Shown: positions 32,888-42,553 of the stretch, piece by piece
Position numbering within the stretch: the first letter of the stretch is position 1
How the letters are laid out: each line of letters begins with the position of its first letter
Assembly: GCA_963668645.2 (NCBI GenBank)
Contig: CAXXWC010000019.1
Span: forward strand, 64,001-128,000
From: Desulfobacterales bacterium
GTDB taxonomy: Bacteria > Desulfobacterota > Desulfobacteria > Desulfobacterales > UBA2174
Length of the DNA: 64,000 nucleotides
Direction of reading: 5' to 3'
Position numbers and translations under genes: made by a program
Notes under the pieces: generated by a model
Told to the model about the DNA's origin: nothing
Seen by the model: the letters and a program-made list of their open reading frames with translations, nothing else
Databases searched by the model: none

Positions 32888-34114
32888 CTATGATGTCATT
32901 AACCGCTCGACGGCATACGATAACCCGGCCAGACAACGATCCCAGCGCAGTTGTTCACGCAAATCGTCCCGTCCAGGCCGGCATGTCTCAATTTTGGGCC
33001 TTGTCAAGACGTCTCGCATGGCGCGGCGCCAATCTGCCGGACTGTGGCACACAAAGGTTTCAGGCAACCGGACAAAGGCCTCAAAACCGCGCAAGGCCGT
33101 TGGCGAACAAATCACATAGGCCCCTGAATAAAGGGCTTCGGCCGTTTTCAAATTTGACCCACCGCCGTGCTGGATGGGCAGCAAGTAGGCGTGGGCCAGG
33201 TACTTGACCGCTGCCAGATCCGCATCCGAAAGGAGCCCCAGCAGTTCCAACCGGGATAGATTCAACGAATTCCATCGCGTTGCAGCTAAGAGCCGATAGA
33301 GATGCTCGCCGACGCTGCCGACAACCACGAGTCTGGAATCGGGGGGGATGCATCCCAGGGAGTCGCCGACGCAATCGATAAATCCCGTGAAATTAGGCGG
33401 ATGCGCGCTGGCCACGTATAGGATCCAGGGCACTTCGGGCAGCTGTTTTTTCCATTTTGAAAGGACCTCCGGCATCGCCGTCCAGGGGGCGATGCCGTTG
33501 GGGGCCAGCAGGCAAGAGCGGGCGCCCCATTCAATCAGCGCCTGTTGATCGGCCGGGCAGACTGCCAGGCACAGATCGGCCTCGACGGCGGCTTGCCGCT
33601 CGAGGGCGCCGACGGCCTCCACCGCGTCTTGGGCGTCCTGGACGGCGAAACTTTCAAAAATGCCGGCCTTGAGGGGCTGCTCGATATTGGCCGAACCGTA
33701 CACGAGGACGGCCCTGTTATAGGCCGCAATCTGCTTGATGCGGCGCGCCAGGGGCCATAACCAAGGTTGCTCGACGTGGATGATGTCGATGCGCCCGGGC
33801 AGACAGGCCTCGATGGCGGGAAAGCCGCCGTCCCGGGCCGCGGCGAAGCGTCCGGATTGCAGATCGTTGACAAAGGGCAGATCGCACCCATCGAATTTGC
33901 GGTAGCGCGAATCGAGTGGAAACGGAATGTCGCGCGGTCCCAGGGCCGCTCCCTGGTAAGCTTCGGGCTCGAAAACGGCGATACTCTCCACCCGCAAACC
34001 CGCTGCGGCATAGGCCTTGGCGATATTGGCCAGTCTCACCTGGCCGCCGTGCCGCGGTACGGCAAACGGGTATGTACTCAGTAAAAGAACCGTTAGCGCA
34101 GAAAACCTCGTCAT
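32888..34114 (-). CDS. GT4-like glycosyltransferase
   Basis: PRHGGQVR, YVASAHPPN, PIQHGGGSNLKTAEAL; overlaps the wzm stop. Confidence 0.8.
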   Translation of the reverse strand: MTRFSALTVLLLSTYPFAVPRHGGQVRLANIAKAYAAAGLRVESIAVFEPEAYQGAALGPRDIPFPLDSRYRKFDGCDLPFVNDLQSGRFAAARDGGFPAIEACLPGRIDIIHVEQPWLWPLARRIKQIAAYNRAVLVYGSANIEQPLKAGIFESFAVQDAQDAVEAVGALERQAAVEADLCLAVCPADQQALIEWGARSCLLAPNGIAPWTAMPEVLSKWKKQLPEVPWILYVASAHPPNFTGFIDCVGDSLGCIPPDSRLVVVGSVGEHLYRLLAATRWNSLNLSRLELLGLLSDADLAAVKYLAHAYLLPIQHGGGSNLKTAEALYSGAYVICSPTALRGFEAFVRLPETFVCHSPADWRRAMRDVLTRPKIETCRPGRDDLREQLRWDRCLAGLSYAVERLMTS

Positions 34115-34905
34115 AACTCGTCCACCATTTCACCGGCATGCCGCCGAAAGAGCCGGAAGCCCCAGTAGCAAAGCAGTCCGGCCAGAATGGCCAGCGCGCC
34201 GAGCGACTTCCAGGAAGGCCCCTGGCCAGAGACCAGGATCGTCTGGTAGGCCCCGGTGAACCGGGCCATGGGATTTAAGCCCATCAGCTGCCGCACCGAC
34301 TGGGGCAGGATGGTAACCGGATAGACAATGGGTGTGAGCCAGAACCAGAACTGGAGCACCACATTGAACAACTGCCCCACATCCCGAAAAAAGACGTTCA
34401 ACACCCCCAGAACCATCCCCAGCCCGATGGAAAAGGCGATCTGAACCACCAGCACGGGAATCACGACCAAAAAAATCCACCCGGGAAAGTTACCCGAAAA
34501 GAGTAAAAAGAGGGTGAACAGGCCGAAGATGATGGCGAAGTTGAGCAGGGCGCTGCCCACGACGATGGCCGGCAGGCAGATGCGTGGAAAACTCAGTTTC
34601 TTTAACAGATTGGCTTGTTCCAGAAAAACGTTCTGGGAGCGTCCGGTTATCTCGGCGAACAGGTTCCAGGTCAGCACCCCGGCGCACAGGTAGATGCTGT
34701 AGCCGAAAGTGCTCTCCACCCCGGGCAGCCGGGTGCGCATGATCTGGGCAAAAATCACGGTGTAGACCACGATCATAGCCAGGGGGTTGAGCACGGTCCA
34801 AGCAGCTCCGAGCATCGAGTTGCGGTACTTGAGCTGGAATTCGCGCTTGACGCTGCCAAGAATGAAGCCGCGATAGGTCCACAGGGCACGCAATAAACCG
34901 GTCAT
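34111..34905 (-). CDS. wzm: O-antigen ABC exporter permease
   Basis: KYRNSMLGAAWTVLNPL, FFRDVGQL, FWLTPIVYP, LNPMA; about six TM segments. Confidence 0.92.
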   Translation of the reverse strand: MTGLLRALWTYRGFILGSVKREFQLKYRNSMLGAAWTVLNPLAMIVVYTVIFAQIMRTRLPGVESTFGYSIYLCAGVLTWNLFAEITGRSQNVFLEQANLLKKLSFPRICLPAIVVGSALLNFAIIFGLFTLFLLFSGNFPGWIFLVVIPVLVVQIAFSIGLGMVLGVLNVFFRDVGQLFNVVLQFWFWLTPIVYPVTILPQSVRQLMGLNPMARFTGAYQTILVSGQGPSWKSLGALAILAGLLCYWGFRLFRRHAGEMVDEL

Positions 34906-34945
34906 AAGCAGGCTCCGGGTAAAAGAATGACGGCATTGAGCGCGA

Positions 34946-36043
34946 TCAACGACTCAGATCCTCGAAGGCGGTTGCCAGCTGTCTGGCATAGGTGTCCCAG
35001 CGGAAGCGGCAGGCCTGCTCACGCCCCTTTCGGGCCAGGGCAAGGCGAAGATCCTGGCGTTGGATGATCTGCCGGATCGCCCGGCCGATGGATTCCACGT
35101 CGAAAGGATCGACCAAAAGGGCCGCGTTTCCGGCCGCCTCGGGCATCGAGGATCGCCGCGAGGTGATCACCGGTGTCCCGCAGGCCATGGCTTCCAGGAT
35201 CGGAAAGCCGAAGCCTTCGTAAAGCGATGGAAACACCAGGGCCAACGCTTGCTGATAGAGGCTGAACAACTGGGGCCGGCTGACATACCCGAGCCTGTGG
35301 ACAAAATCGGCGGCTGCCGTGAAAGCCGTCCCGTTCACCAGGGCCTGCGATTTCCACCCCCGGCCTCCGGCGACCACCAGATGGACCCCATGTTCTTCGG
35401 GCCGTGTGCCAAGATAGGCGCGCAAGAGGCGTTGGAAATTCTTGCGCGGCTCCATGGTCCCGACAAAAAGCAGAAACCGCTCCGGCAGCCCTTCCGGGAG
35501 GAAAGAAGCGTCCGGCGGGCCGTGATCCGGAGCGCCCGGGTAAACGACGCGGATCTTTCCCGCGGCAGCCGGGTAATACTTTTGAAGATCCCCGGCGGTC
35601 GACCGGCTGTCGGCCAGAACCAGCGACGCCCGGCGCACCGAGAGGCCCATCAGCAGCCGTTCGAGGACCAAGTTGCGCAGGGTCATGGTTTCCGGATGGC
35701 GCCGGTGCACCACATCGTGGATGGTGAGCAGGCATTTGACACGGCGCGGCGTCCAGACCGGCAGATGGTGGCGCGTGCCCCAAAACAGATCGAGCCCCAA
35801 TCGTTCGGCCAGGACCGGTCCCCACGCCTGGAGCCAAGCCGAACCGAGCCCTGGCAGCTTCAGGCCTCTGGAGACCTCTTTCCAGCGCCCATGCTGAAAC
35901 CCTGGACGGATATCAGCGCTGGAAATCAGATAGTAATGATGAGCCGTTTCCAGCCGGCGAAGCGCGTTCAGGGCGTTGTATAGATAGATGCCGATCCCCG
36001 TGGGCGCTTCAATAAGGGGCCGCGCATCGATACCGATCCTCAC
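34946..36043 (-). CDS. GT4 glycosyltransferase (mannosyl/rhamnosyltransferase-like)
   Basis: RIGIDARPL...TGIGIY, FVGTMEPRKN, FPSLYEGFGFPILEAMACG. GTG start overlaps the gmd stop (GTGA). Confidence 0.88.
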   Translation of the reverse strand: MRIGIDARPLIEAPTGIGIYLYNALNALRRLETAHHYYLISSADIRPGFQHGRWKEVSRGLKLPGLGSAWLQAWGPVLAERLGLDLFWGTRHHLPVWTPRRVKCLLTIHDVVHRRHPETMTLRNLVLERLLMGLSVRRASLVLADSRSTAGDLQKYYPAAAGKIRVVYPGAPDHGPPDASFLPEGLPERFLLFVGTMEPRKNFQRLLRAYLGTRPEEHGVHLVVAGGRGWKSQALVNGTAFTAAADFVHRLGYVSRPQLFSLYQQALALVFPSLYEGFGFPILEAMACGTPVITSRRSSMPEAAGNAALLVDPFDVESIGRAIRQIIQRQDLRLALARKGREQACRFRWDTYARQLATAFEDLSR

Positions 36044-37014
36044 GAAGATCCTGTTCCGTCGCCACCGCGCTCGGCCGCCACGATCCACTCGATTACCTCG
36101 CGCATGCGCCGTTTGGCCCGCCAGCGCAACTGCCGGCCGGCCTTGGCCGGATTGCCCCGGCTGATCATGATGTCTGAGGGCCGCAGCAGCGTGTCATCAC
36201 TGACCAGATGCCGCCGCCAGTCCAGGTCCAACAGTTCGAAGACCGTGGCCACGAATTCTTCCAGGGTATGCGTCTCGCCGGTGGCGATGACAAAATCCTC
36301 GGCCTTTTCCTGTTGTAGCATGCGCCACATGGCCTCGACATACTCCTCGGCGCTGCCCCAGTCGCGGGCGATGCGGATGTTGCCCAGCTTTAGTTTCTCA
36401 GCGCTGCCGGCGGCGATGCGGCAGGCGGTGGCGACGATCTTCCGGGTGACGAAACGCTCGGGCCGCAGGGGTGACTCATGGTTGAATAAAATGCCGGTGC
36501 AGGCAAACAGGCCGTAGGCCTCTCGGTAGTTGGCCACCTCCCAGTGGGCGGTGGCCTTGGCCACAGCATAGGGGCTGCGGGGCCGGAAAGGGGTTTCCTC
36601 ATCCGCCGCCAGCCCGTTCGTGTTTCCGAAACACTCGCTCGATCCGGCATTGTAGAGCTTTACGGGCAATTTGGTAAAACGGATCGCCTCCAGAAGATTG
36701 AGGGTTCCCACGGCAATGCTGTCCAGCGTCTCCACCGGCTGTTCAAAGGAAAGGCCCACCGAACTCTGGCCGGCCAGGTTGTATACCTCATCGGGCTTGA
36801 CGCGAGTGAGCACCTGCAGCACGCTGCGAAAATCGTTGAGGGCCATCGAATGGAAGCAGATCCGGTCGGCAACAGCGAACCGCCTCAGATTGGAAAAACG
36901 CGCCACCTGCGCATCGCGAGCGGTGCCGTGCACCGCGTAGCCCTTTGCGAGCAGCAGGCGGCTCAAGTAGGCCCCGTCCTGGCCTGAAATTCCGGTGATC
37001 AAGGCTTTTTTCAT
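36040..37014 (-). CDS. gmd: GDP-mannose 4,6-dehydratase family protein
   Basis: ALITGISGQDGAYL, YNLAGQSSV, RSPYAVAK, GILFNHESPLR, FVTRKI, RDWG. Confidence 0.9.
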   Translation of the reverse strand: MKKALITGISGQDGAYLSRLLLAKGYAVHGTARDAQVARFSNLRRFAVADRICFHSMALNDFRSVLQVLTRVKPDEVYNLAGQSSVGLSFEQPVETLDSIAVGTLNLLEAIRFTKLPVKLYNAGSSECFGNTNGLAADEETPFRPRSPYAVAKATAHWEVANYREAYGLFACTGILFNHESPLRPERFVTRKIVATACRIAAGSAEKLKLGNIRIARDWGSAEEYVEAMWRMLQQEKAEDFVIATGETHTLEEFVATVFELLDLDWRRHLVSDDTLLRPSDIMISRGNPAKAGRQLRWRAKRRMREVIEWIVAAERGGDGTGSS

Positions 37015-38051
37015 GACAGATGCCCCTCAAGCGTTGGAATCCTGACGTCCTTCATGTTTTGCCGATACCATACAGCGGTCTCGTAGAGCCCCTGCTGCAT
37101 CGAAAAAGGCGGCCGCCACCCCAGGAGGGTCCGGATATGGGTGGCATCCACCTGCAAATCGCGGCACAGCTTGTCGAGCCGGCGTCCCTGCCCGAAAAGG
37201 CCGGCCATCTTCTTGAGCCACGGATAGGGAAAGGCGAACAGGCGGGCCGGCCGGCCCATGATGGCAGCCAAGCGTCGGATCAACTCCGGGGTCGAGATGT
37301 CCTCGGCGTCCGAAACGATGAAGGTCTGCCCGGCGGCCTGTTGATGGTCGGCGCACAAGATCAGGGCGTCCACCAGGTTGCTACGGCTGATGAAACTGCG
37401 GCGGTTGTTGACTGAACCCAGTGGCAGGGGCCACCCGCGGGCCACCAGGGCCAAAAGGCTCAACATGTTGCCCTTGACTTCAGGGCCATAGACAAGGGGC
37501 GGGCGCACCACGACGATCTCGAGCCCCGTCTCCTGGGCGATCCGGTGCAGGCCGCATTCGGCCTCGTATTTGGCCTTGGCGTAAGGGATGTCGGGACGCG
37601 GTGGATCGGATTCACGAAAAGGCCTGCCGTTGGTGAGACTTCCGTTGACCCGGATCGTGCTGGCAAACACCAGGCGCCGCACGCCGGTCCAAGCCGCCGC
37701 CCGGGCCAGGGCCAGCGGCACATTCCGGTTCGCCTCCTGGTGAAGCTGGCAATAGCTGTTCGTAACCTCCCGGTCCATGTGGACCCGCGCCCCGAGATGG
37801 ATGATGGTATCGATTCCCCGGCAAGCGTCGATCCAGTCGGCCCGGTGCACCGCCGGGGCCGGGACCCCCCTTGCCTCGATTTCACCGCAGGGCGCCAAAC
37901 GCTCCTGTAATACGGCCAGGCGCCGTCCCAGCGCCTCTCGCTGGCCCGGCCGCGAGGTGGTCGCACGCAAGCCGTAGCCAGCCGACAATAGCGCCTCGCA
38001 GAGGGCCCGCCCGATAAAGCCACCGGCACCGGTGACCAGAACCCGTTTCAT
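37011..38051 (-). CDS. NAD-dependent epimerase/dehydratase (extended SDR)
   Basis: VLVTGAGGFIG, YAKAK, RPPLVYGPEVKGN, NRRSFI. Start MKRVLV at 38051. Confidence 0.88.
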   Translation of the reverse strand: MKRVLVTGAGGFIGRALCEALLSAGYGLRATTSRPGQREALGRRLAVLQERLAPCGEIEARGVPAPAVHRADWIDACRGIDTIIHLGARVHMDREVTNSYCQLHQEANRNVPLALARAAAWTGVRRLVFASTIRVNGSLTNGRPFRESDPPRPDIPYAKAKYEAECGLHRIAQETGLEIVVVRPPLVYGPEVKGNMLSLLALVARGWPLPLGSVNNRRSFISRSNLVDALILCADHQQAAGQTFIVSDAEDISTPELIRRLAAIMGRPARLFAFPYPWLKKMAGLFGQGRRLDKLCRDLQVDATHIRTLLGWRPPFSMQQGLYETAVWYRQNMKDVRIPTLEGHLS

Positions 38052-38827
38052 CTTCTTCTCTCCGGTTTGGGCCTTTGGATGAATTGCAGGCCGCGTGAAC
38101 CGCATTTGCTCACGGCAAGCCGAAACATCGAGGCGGGCAAGCCATGCCGCTTCAAGGCCTCCAAAATCTGCCGGTTTTGCGCCACCACATTGGTGATACG
38201 CCGGTTGGTAACGCCGCCCAGGCGCATTTTGACCAATACGCGTGGGATATAGCGGGACCGCAGCCGGTGCACATCGAGAAAACGCAGCATCAATTCGAAG
38301 TCCGCCGCCAGGGTATACACCGGGTCGAAGGTCCCGTGCTGCTCGTAAATCCTGCGACGCACGAAAAAGGTCGGATGCGGCGGGCACCAGCCCCGGGCAA
38401 AGGCCCCTGGTTCAAAACGCGAAGAGCGCCAGTAGCGCACGATGGACAAAGGATCGCGCCGCTTGACGTAACAAAGGTCACCGTAGCAGGCATCGACGTT
38501 CGGATCGCGAAAAATATCCGCCACGGCGGCCAGAACGTCATTGGCGGCGTAAACATCATCGGCGTTGAGAAATCCGATGACCGCCCCGCCAGCCCGGGCG
38601 ATGCCCTTGTTCATGGCATCGTAGATGCCAAGATCAGGCTCGGAAACCAGCCGCGTCCGGCTGCCGCCGTACGCCCTGGCCAGTGCCGCGGTGCCATCCT
38701 GCGACAGCCCGTCGATGACCCAGTGCTCATAATCCGCATGGCTCTGGGAGGCCACGGACCGCATCGTGTCCAGGATGGTCGCCGCGTCGTTCAATGTGAC
38801 GGTGATGATGGAAAATAGCGGCGCCAT
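38048..38827 (-). CDS. GT2 glycosyltransferase (WcaE-like)
   Basis: SIITVTLN, IDGLSQDGT, SEPDLGIYDAMNKGI, FLNADD, PHPTFF. Confidence 0.88.
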   Translation of the reverse strand: MAPLFSIITVTLNDAATILDTMRSVASQSHADYEHWVIDGLSQDGTAALARAYGGSRTRLVSEPDLGIYDAMNKGIARAGGAVIGFLNADDVYAANDVLAAVADIFRDPNVDACYGDLCYVKRRDPLSIVRYWRSSRFEPGAFARGWCPPHPTFFVRRRIYEQHGTFDPVYTLAADFELMLRFLDVHRLRSRYIPRVLVKMRLGGVTNRRITNVVAQNRQILEALKRHGLPASMFRLAVSKCGSRGLQFIQRPKPERRR

Positions 38828-39918
38828 CAATCGTCCCGCCTTCCTTGGAAAAGTTCCTGGTAAACGGCGATGGTGTCCCGATAACAACGCTCCCAGGAGA
38901 ACCGTTTGGCGTTCTGGAAACCGCGCTCAACCAGCGCGCGGCGCAGCGCTGGTTGTTCCAGTGCCCTGATCCGCGCCCCATAAGCCTCGGGGGCCGGCCG
39001 GGCCACGAGCAGGGCGGCGGTCCCGGCCACCTCGGGAATGGCCGAGGCGTCGGCCGCGATCACCGGACAGCCGGCCGCCATGGCCTCGACGACCGGAAGG
39101 CCGAAGCCTTCGCAAGTCGATGGATAGATAAGAGCCTGGGCATGGTTGTAAAAAGTATTGAGCGATTCATCGGAAAGATGGGCCAGGTGCAGATAGCGGC
39201 CTGGAAGCCGGCGGTCGAGCAGGGCCCGATGGTCCCGGTTCAGGGGGCCGCCGCCGATGACCACCAGGGCGCATCCTTCAACACGGCTGACCGCCTCGAC
39301 CGCCAGGTCGAAATTCTTGTAGGGAATCCGACTTCCGACATAGAGCAGAAACCGCTCGGCGCAAAAATCTTTCAATACGAGCGGTTTTCGGGCGGCCGCA
39401 ACGGGGCGAAAGGCTTCACTGCATCCCAGGGGGATGACGCGCACCTTGTGCGGGGAAAGACGGGGCATGAAACGGACCAGATCCCGCCGCGTGTGCTCGG
39501 AGACGCAAATCACCCGCTGCGCGCCGCGTAGCGCCAGGCGCTTCTGGAGCGAATGGACCCAGCGGGCCAGGCCCCTGCGGTAATGTTCGTAGGTGAAGTC
39601 GTGCAGGGTTTGCACCGTTTGCCAGCCGAGGCCCGTGGGCTGGCGGTAATAGCTCGAGTGGAAAACGGACCTTCGGCCGTGCGGCGCTGTCACGGGCAGA
39701 TAGCGGCCGATCCGTCGCGGACCGAGGCGGCAGCGCAGGCTCCGGTGGGGCGGCAAATCGAGCCGGGAGCGAAAAAGGTTGGCACGCCCGCCATCGGCCT
39801 CCAATGCGGTGAAATTCACGCTGTCGCGCACCATCCGCCGCAACAGCTCATACCAATAGACCGAAATGCCGCCGGCCGGTTGCAGGCTAAAAATGATATT
39901 GTCGAAGAAAATTTGCAC
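38827..39918 (-). CDS. GT4 glycosyltransferase
   Basis: LQPAGGISVY, FHSSYY, YVGSRIPYKNF, YPSTCEGFGLPVVEAMAAG. Confidence 0.88.
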   Translation of the reverse strand: MQIFFDNIIFSLQPAGGISVYWYELLRRMVRDSVNFTALEADGGRANLFRSRLDLPPHRSLRCRLGPRRIGRYLPVTAPHGRRSVFHSSYYRQPTGLGWQTVQTLHDFTYEHYRRGLARWVHSLQKRLALRGAQRVICVSEHTRRDLVRFMPRLSPHKVRVIPLGCSEAFRPVAAARKPLVLKDFCAERFLLYVGSRIPYKNFDLAVEAVSRVEGCALVVIGGGPLNRDHRALLDRRLPGRYLHLAHLSDESLNTFYNHAQALIYPSTCEGFGLPVVEAMAAGCPVIAADASAIPEVAGTAALLVARPAPEAYGARIRALEQPALRRALVERGFQNAKRFSWERCYRDTIAVYQELFQGRRDD

Positions 39919-39931
39919 AAAAAAAATGGCG

Positions 39932-40522
39932 TTAACTGCCCGCCCCCAAGCTCAGAATACGCCCGGCATCCACCCCGAGGGCCGCCAGCTGGGCGGCGGA
40001 TTCCGCCTCGGGCCCGATTGCGGTGATCAGAACCGGCGGCCCGTTTTTCCAGTTCACCTGATCAGGGGTCAGAACGGCAAATCCCATCCAGGCCCGGGCT
40101 GCGGGCTGCGGATCGACGATCGCTTCGAGGCGGATCCCGACCTCCTGCATGGAAATGTACGCGATTTCAGCCAATTCGCTCACCCCGTAAAGAACCATAC
40201 GCCGCACGGCGCGCCCTTGCAGCCCTTTGAAGAGCCGTTGCATGCGCTGGCGCGCCTCCCGGTAAAAAGAGACCGAATAGGCGATGTATTCGCAGGTCAA
40301 CCGGGTCTTTTCCAGGGCACCCTTGGGGGTCAGAATATAGCGTGCCCGTTTCCGTGGAATTTGGGTGACCTTGAAATACCCCTTGCGAGCCAGACGTTTG
40401 ATAAAGGCGTTGACCAGTCCCAGAGACACGTTCAGACGCCGGGCCAGGTCGCGCTGGCTGGCGCCGTCGTCGGCCTCGATCGCTTCGAGCAGCTTGAGCG
40501 TGCGGATCTCTTGGGGTGTCAT
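39932..40522 (-). CDS. EPS-associated MarR-family winged-helix regulator with a C-terminal Rossmann-like domain
   Basis: SQRDLARRLNVSLGLVNAFIKRLARKGY...YILTPKGALEKTRLT, followed by LYGVSELAEIAY. Heads the polysaccharide cluster. Confidence 0.85.
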   Translation of the reverse strand: MTPQEIRTLKLLEAIEADDGASQRDLARRLNVSLGLVNAFIKRLARKGYFKVTQIPRKRARYILTPKGALEKTRLTCEYIAYSVSFYREARQRMQRLFKGLQGRAVRRMVLYGVSELAEIAYISMQEVGIRLEAIVDPQPAARAWMGFAVLTPDQVNWKNGPPVLITAIGPEAESAAQLAALGVDAGRILSLGAGS

Positions 40523-40865
40523 AAGGCGACCGGATGAACGGCGGGAAATGTTCAATCTCCCTGCGGGAGCGGGGCTGAACCGCGACCGAAGCGGCACGGC
40601 CGTCATCCATCGCGGATGCGATCCACTCCCATACGACAAAACGGGCCAGCCCGATCCTGAAGAATCATGGCAAGCCCGGAGCAGTCACTTCTGAGAGCCG
40701 CTGGAACCGAATCTTTTACAGTAGCCTTTCAGGTCTTCGATGACCTTCTCCAGTTCAGGAACGTAGCGCAGCACGTCCATGAAAGGATATCGGCCTGATC
40801 CGCATCAAGTCGCATCTTGACAGCTCCGCCGCTCCGGTTCCACGCCGGATACAATCTAACCACTT

Positions 40866-40917
40866 ATTATATAATCGAATAATTACTTATCCCCTCTTTC
40901 TGTTCGAACATTGAACA
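40866..40917 (-). promoter_or_regulatory. AT-rich promoter region with TATAAT and an imperfect palindrome (candidate operator)
   Basis: ATTATATAAT at 40866-40875 gives TATAAT on both strands. Minus-strand TGTTCA-N5-CGAACA at 40917-40901. No good -35 box. Confidence 0.45.
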
Positions 40918-41094
40918 CCATCTCCGGTCTTTGGTCAAGGGCTATGTGGGCCTGCGGCAGGATGGCCGGATCAGTCGTTCCGCATGATGCCAGGTGCCAT
41001 TCCGAAGAACGCCGCGACGATGAAAGCATTGGACTGCAAAGGCTGGAAAAACAGGAAAACGCAATCCGGCCCAAAACCGATCAAACGCCGATCC

Positions 41095-41607
41095 CTACCG
41101 AACCTCGATATAGTGCCGGATTGCAGCGAATTTGTTGCGATCGATGCCATCGATCTTCATGATGTCTTCGGGGGTTTCGAAGGGAGCCTTCTGCTGGCGG
41201 TGTTCGATGATACGCACCGCCAGGACGGGACCGATCCCCGGCAGACGCGCCAGTTGGCTGGGGGTGGCCTGGTTGAGGTCGACGGCCAGCGGCTCAGGGC
41301 TGTCCATGAGCCGGCGATGGGCTTTCTGGTAATGGCGTTCAAGGACCTGGCGGGCCTGGCGGGATTGAGCCGGATTCTGCCAAGATTCACGCTCCAGGCT
41401 GCCCAGCACCCAGATGAGCTGGTCCGCATCGACGGTGCCGTCGGCCTCGCGGTAGGGGCAATGCCGGTATTTGCGGCCAACCGCATCGGTTTCCACCACG
41501 GCGAAACTACTGTCGGGCAACAGGTGAATCTTGACGTCCATCCAGTCCTGGGCCGCGGCCGGCAGGGGCAGCAGGAGCAAAAACAGACAAAGGCAGAGGT
41601 GTTTCAT
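41095..41607 (-). CDS. Secreted ComEA-like helix-hairpin-helix protein with an extra N-terminal domain
   Basis: Signal peptide MKHLCLCLFLLLLPLPAAA; C-terminal VDLNQAT...LPGIGPVLAVRII...IDGID. Confidence 0.82.
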   Translation of the reverse strand: MKHLCLCLFLLLLPLPAAAQDWMDVKIHLLPDSSFAVVETDAVGRKYRHCPYREADGTVDADQLIWVLGSLERESWQNPAQSRQARQVLERHYQKAHRRLMDSPEPLAVDLNQATPSQLARLPGIGPVLAVRIIEHRQQKAPFETPEDIMKIDGIDRNKFAAIRHYIEVR

Positions 41608-41642
41608 GGCGTATCTCCAAGTGCCGGTGGACAGATACGTAT

Positions 41643-41717
41643 CCGTGAGAGCGGTTTTCAAGCGCGATCCGAGATGGCGCGAACGTCACTAGTCGCGGTT
41701 ACAAACCGCTCCCACGG
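41643..41717. repeat. Inverted REP doublet (GTGGGAGCGGTTT family)
   Basis: CCGTGAGAGCGGTTTTCAAGCGCGA (41643-41667) and TCGCGGTTACAAACCGCTCCCACGG (41693-41717) in inverted orientation. Confidence 0.75.
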
Positions 41718-41720
41718 CCG

Positions 41721-42023
41721 CTACTGCTTGGCCGGCCCGGAAACGCTGATCCGGTCCTTGTTCAGGTCGAAAACCTTCTGCCCGACACCTTGCACTTTCA
41801 TCAGATCCTCGATGACGGCAAAGGGCCCGTTTTGTGTGCGGTAATCGACGATTCGCTGCGCCACAACATCACCGATGCGGTCCAACTGCTTGAGCTGCTC
41901 CACCGTGGCGGTGTTCAGATCAATCTTGTCCCCGTCGGCCGCCCCGGCCGGCACCCCACAGAGCATCACCAGAGCCATGGCCATCATCAATGCCATCCGA
42001 ATCGATCGTCTGCTGTTTTGCAT
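41721..42023 (-). CDS. comEA: ComEA-family DNA-binding protein
   Basis: Signal peptide, then KIDLNTATVEQLKQLDRIGDVVAQRIVDYRTQNGPF...DLMKVQGVG. AAGGAGG upstream of the ATG at 42023. Confidence 0.88.
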   Translation of the reverse strand: MQNSRRSIRMALMMAMALVMLCGVPAGAADGDKIDLNTATVEQLKQLDRIGDVVAQRIVDYRTQNGPFAVIEDLMKVQGVGQKVFDLNKDRISVSGPAKQ

Positions 42024-42553
42024 TCCTGCCTCCTTTCCATTCCGTGAACGGAATCGATGGCCCCGGGGCTTCCGCCGATCCGGCCTGTGACCCGTTAACG
42101 CAGGACGCCCGGGATTGAGATGGAACGAAGCATGGCACCCCTTTGGCGCCACCTCCGTTTTGGGCATACAAACAAAATCCGTACCAGAGGCCGAAACGAT
42201 CCTCCCGTGGCGGCAGATCTTCGCTCAAAACCGTTTCTAACTTGCTTGATCGCTTATGAATTGCAGATAGTTGATAGGATACGAAATATTCGCCAGGCGT
42301 AAACTCGATGAAAGGCGGCTTTCAGTCATTGTGGGGTGCTCCGGCACCCATTTGCACACGTTCCTGTGCAGCATGGTGCGTCGCTGGTGCAATTCGGGGA
42401 TTGACCTTGACCTGAGCCAAGATATCTGCTCTGAGGGAGCCGACGCATCGGACAGGTCGGATCGCTGCCCGCACATCGTATGCGGTTCTGATCGACTCGA
42501 AGCAAAACTGCGGGAAAAACGCTATCGCGAAAACCGAAGGAGAAAAAAAATCG

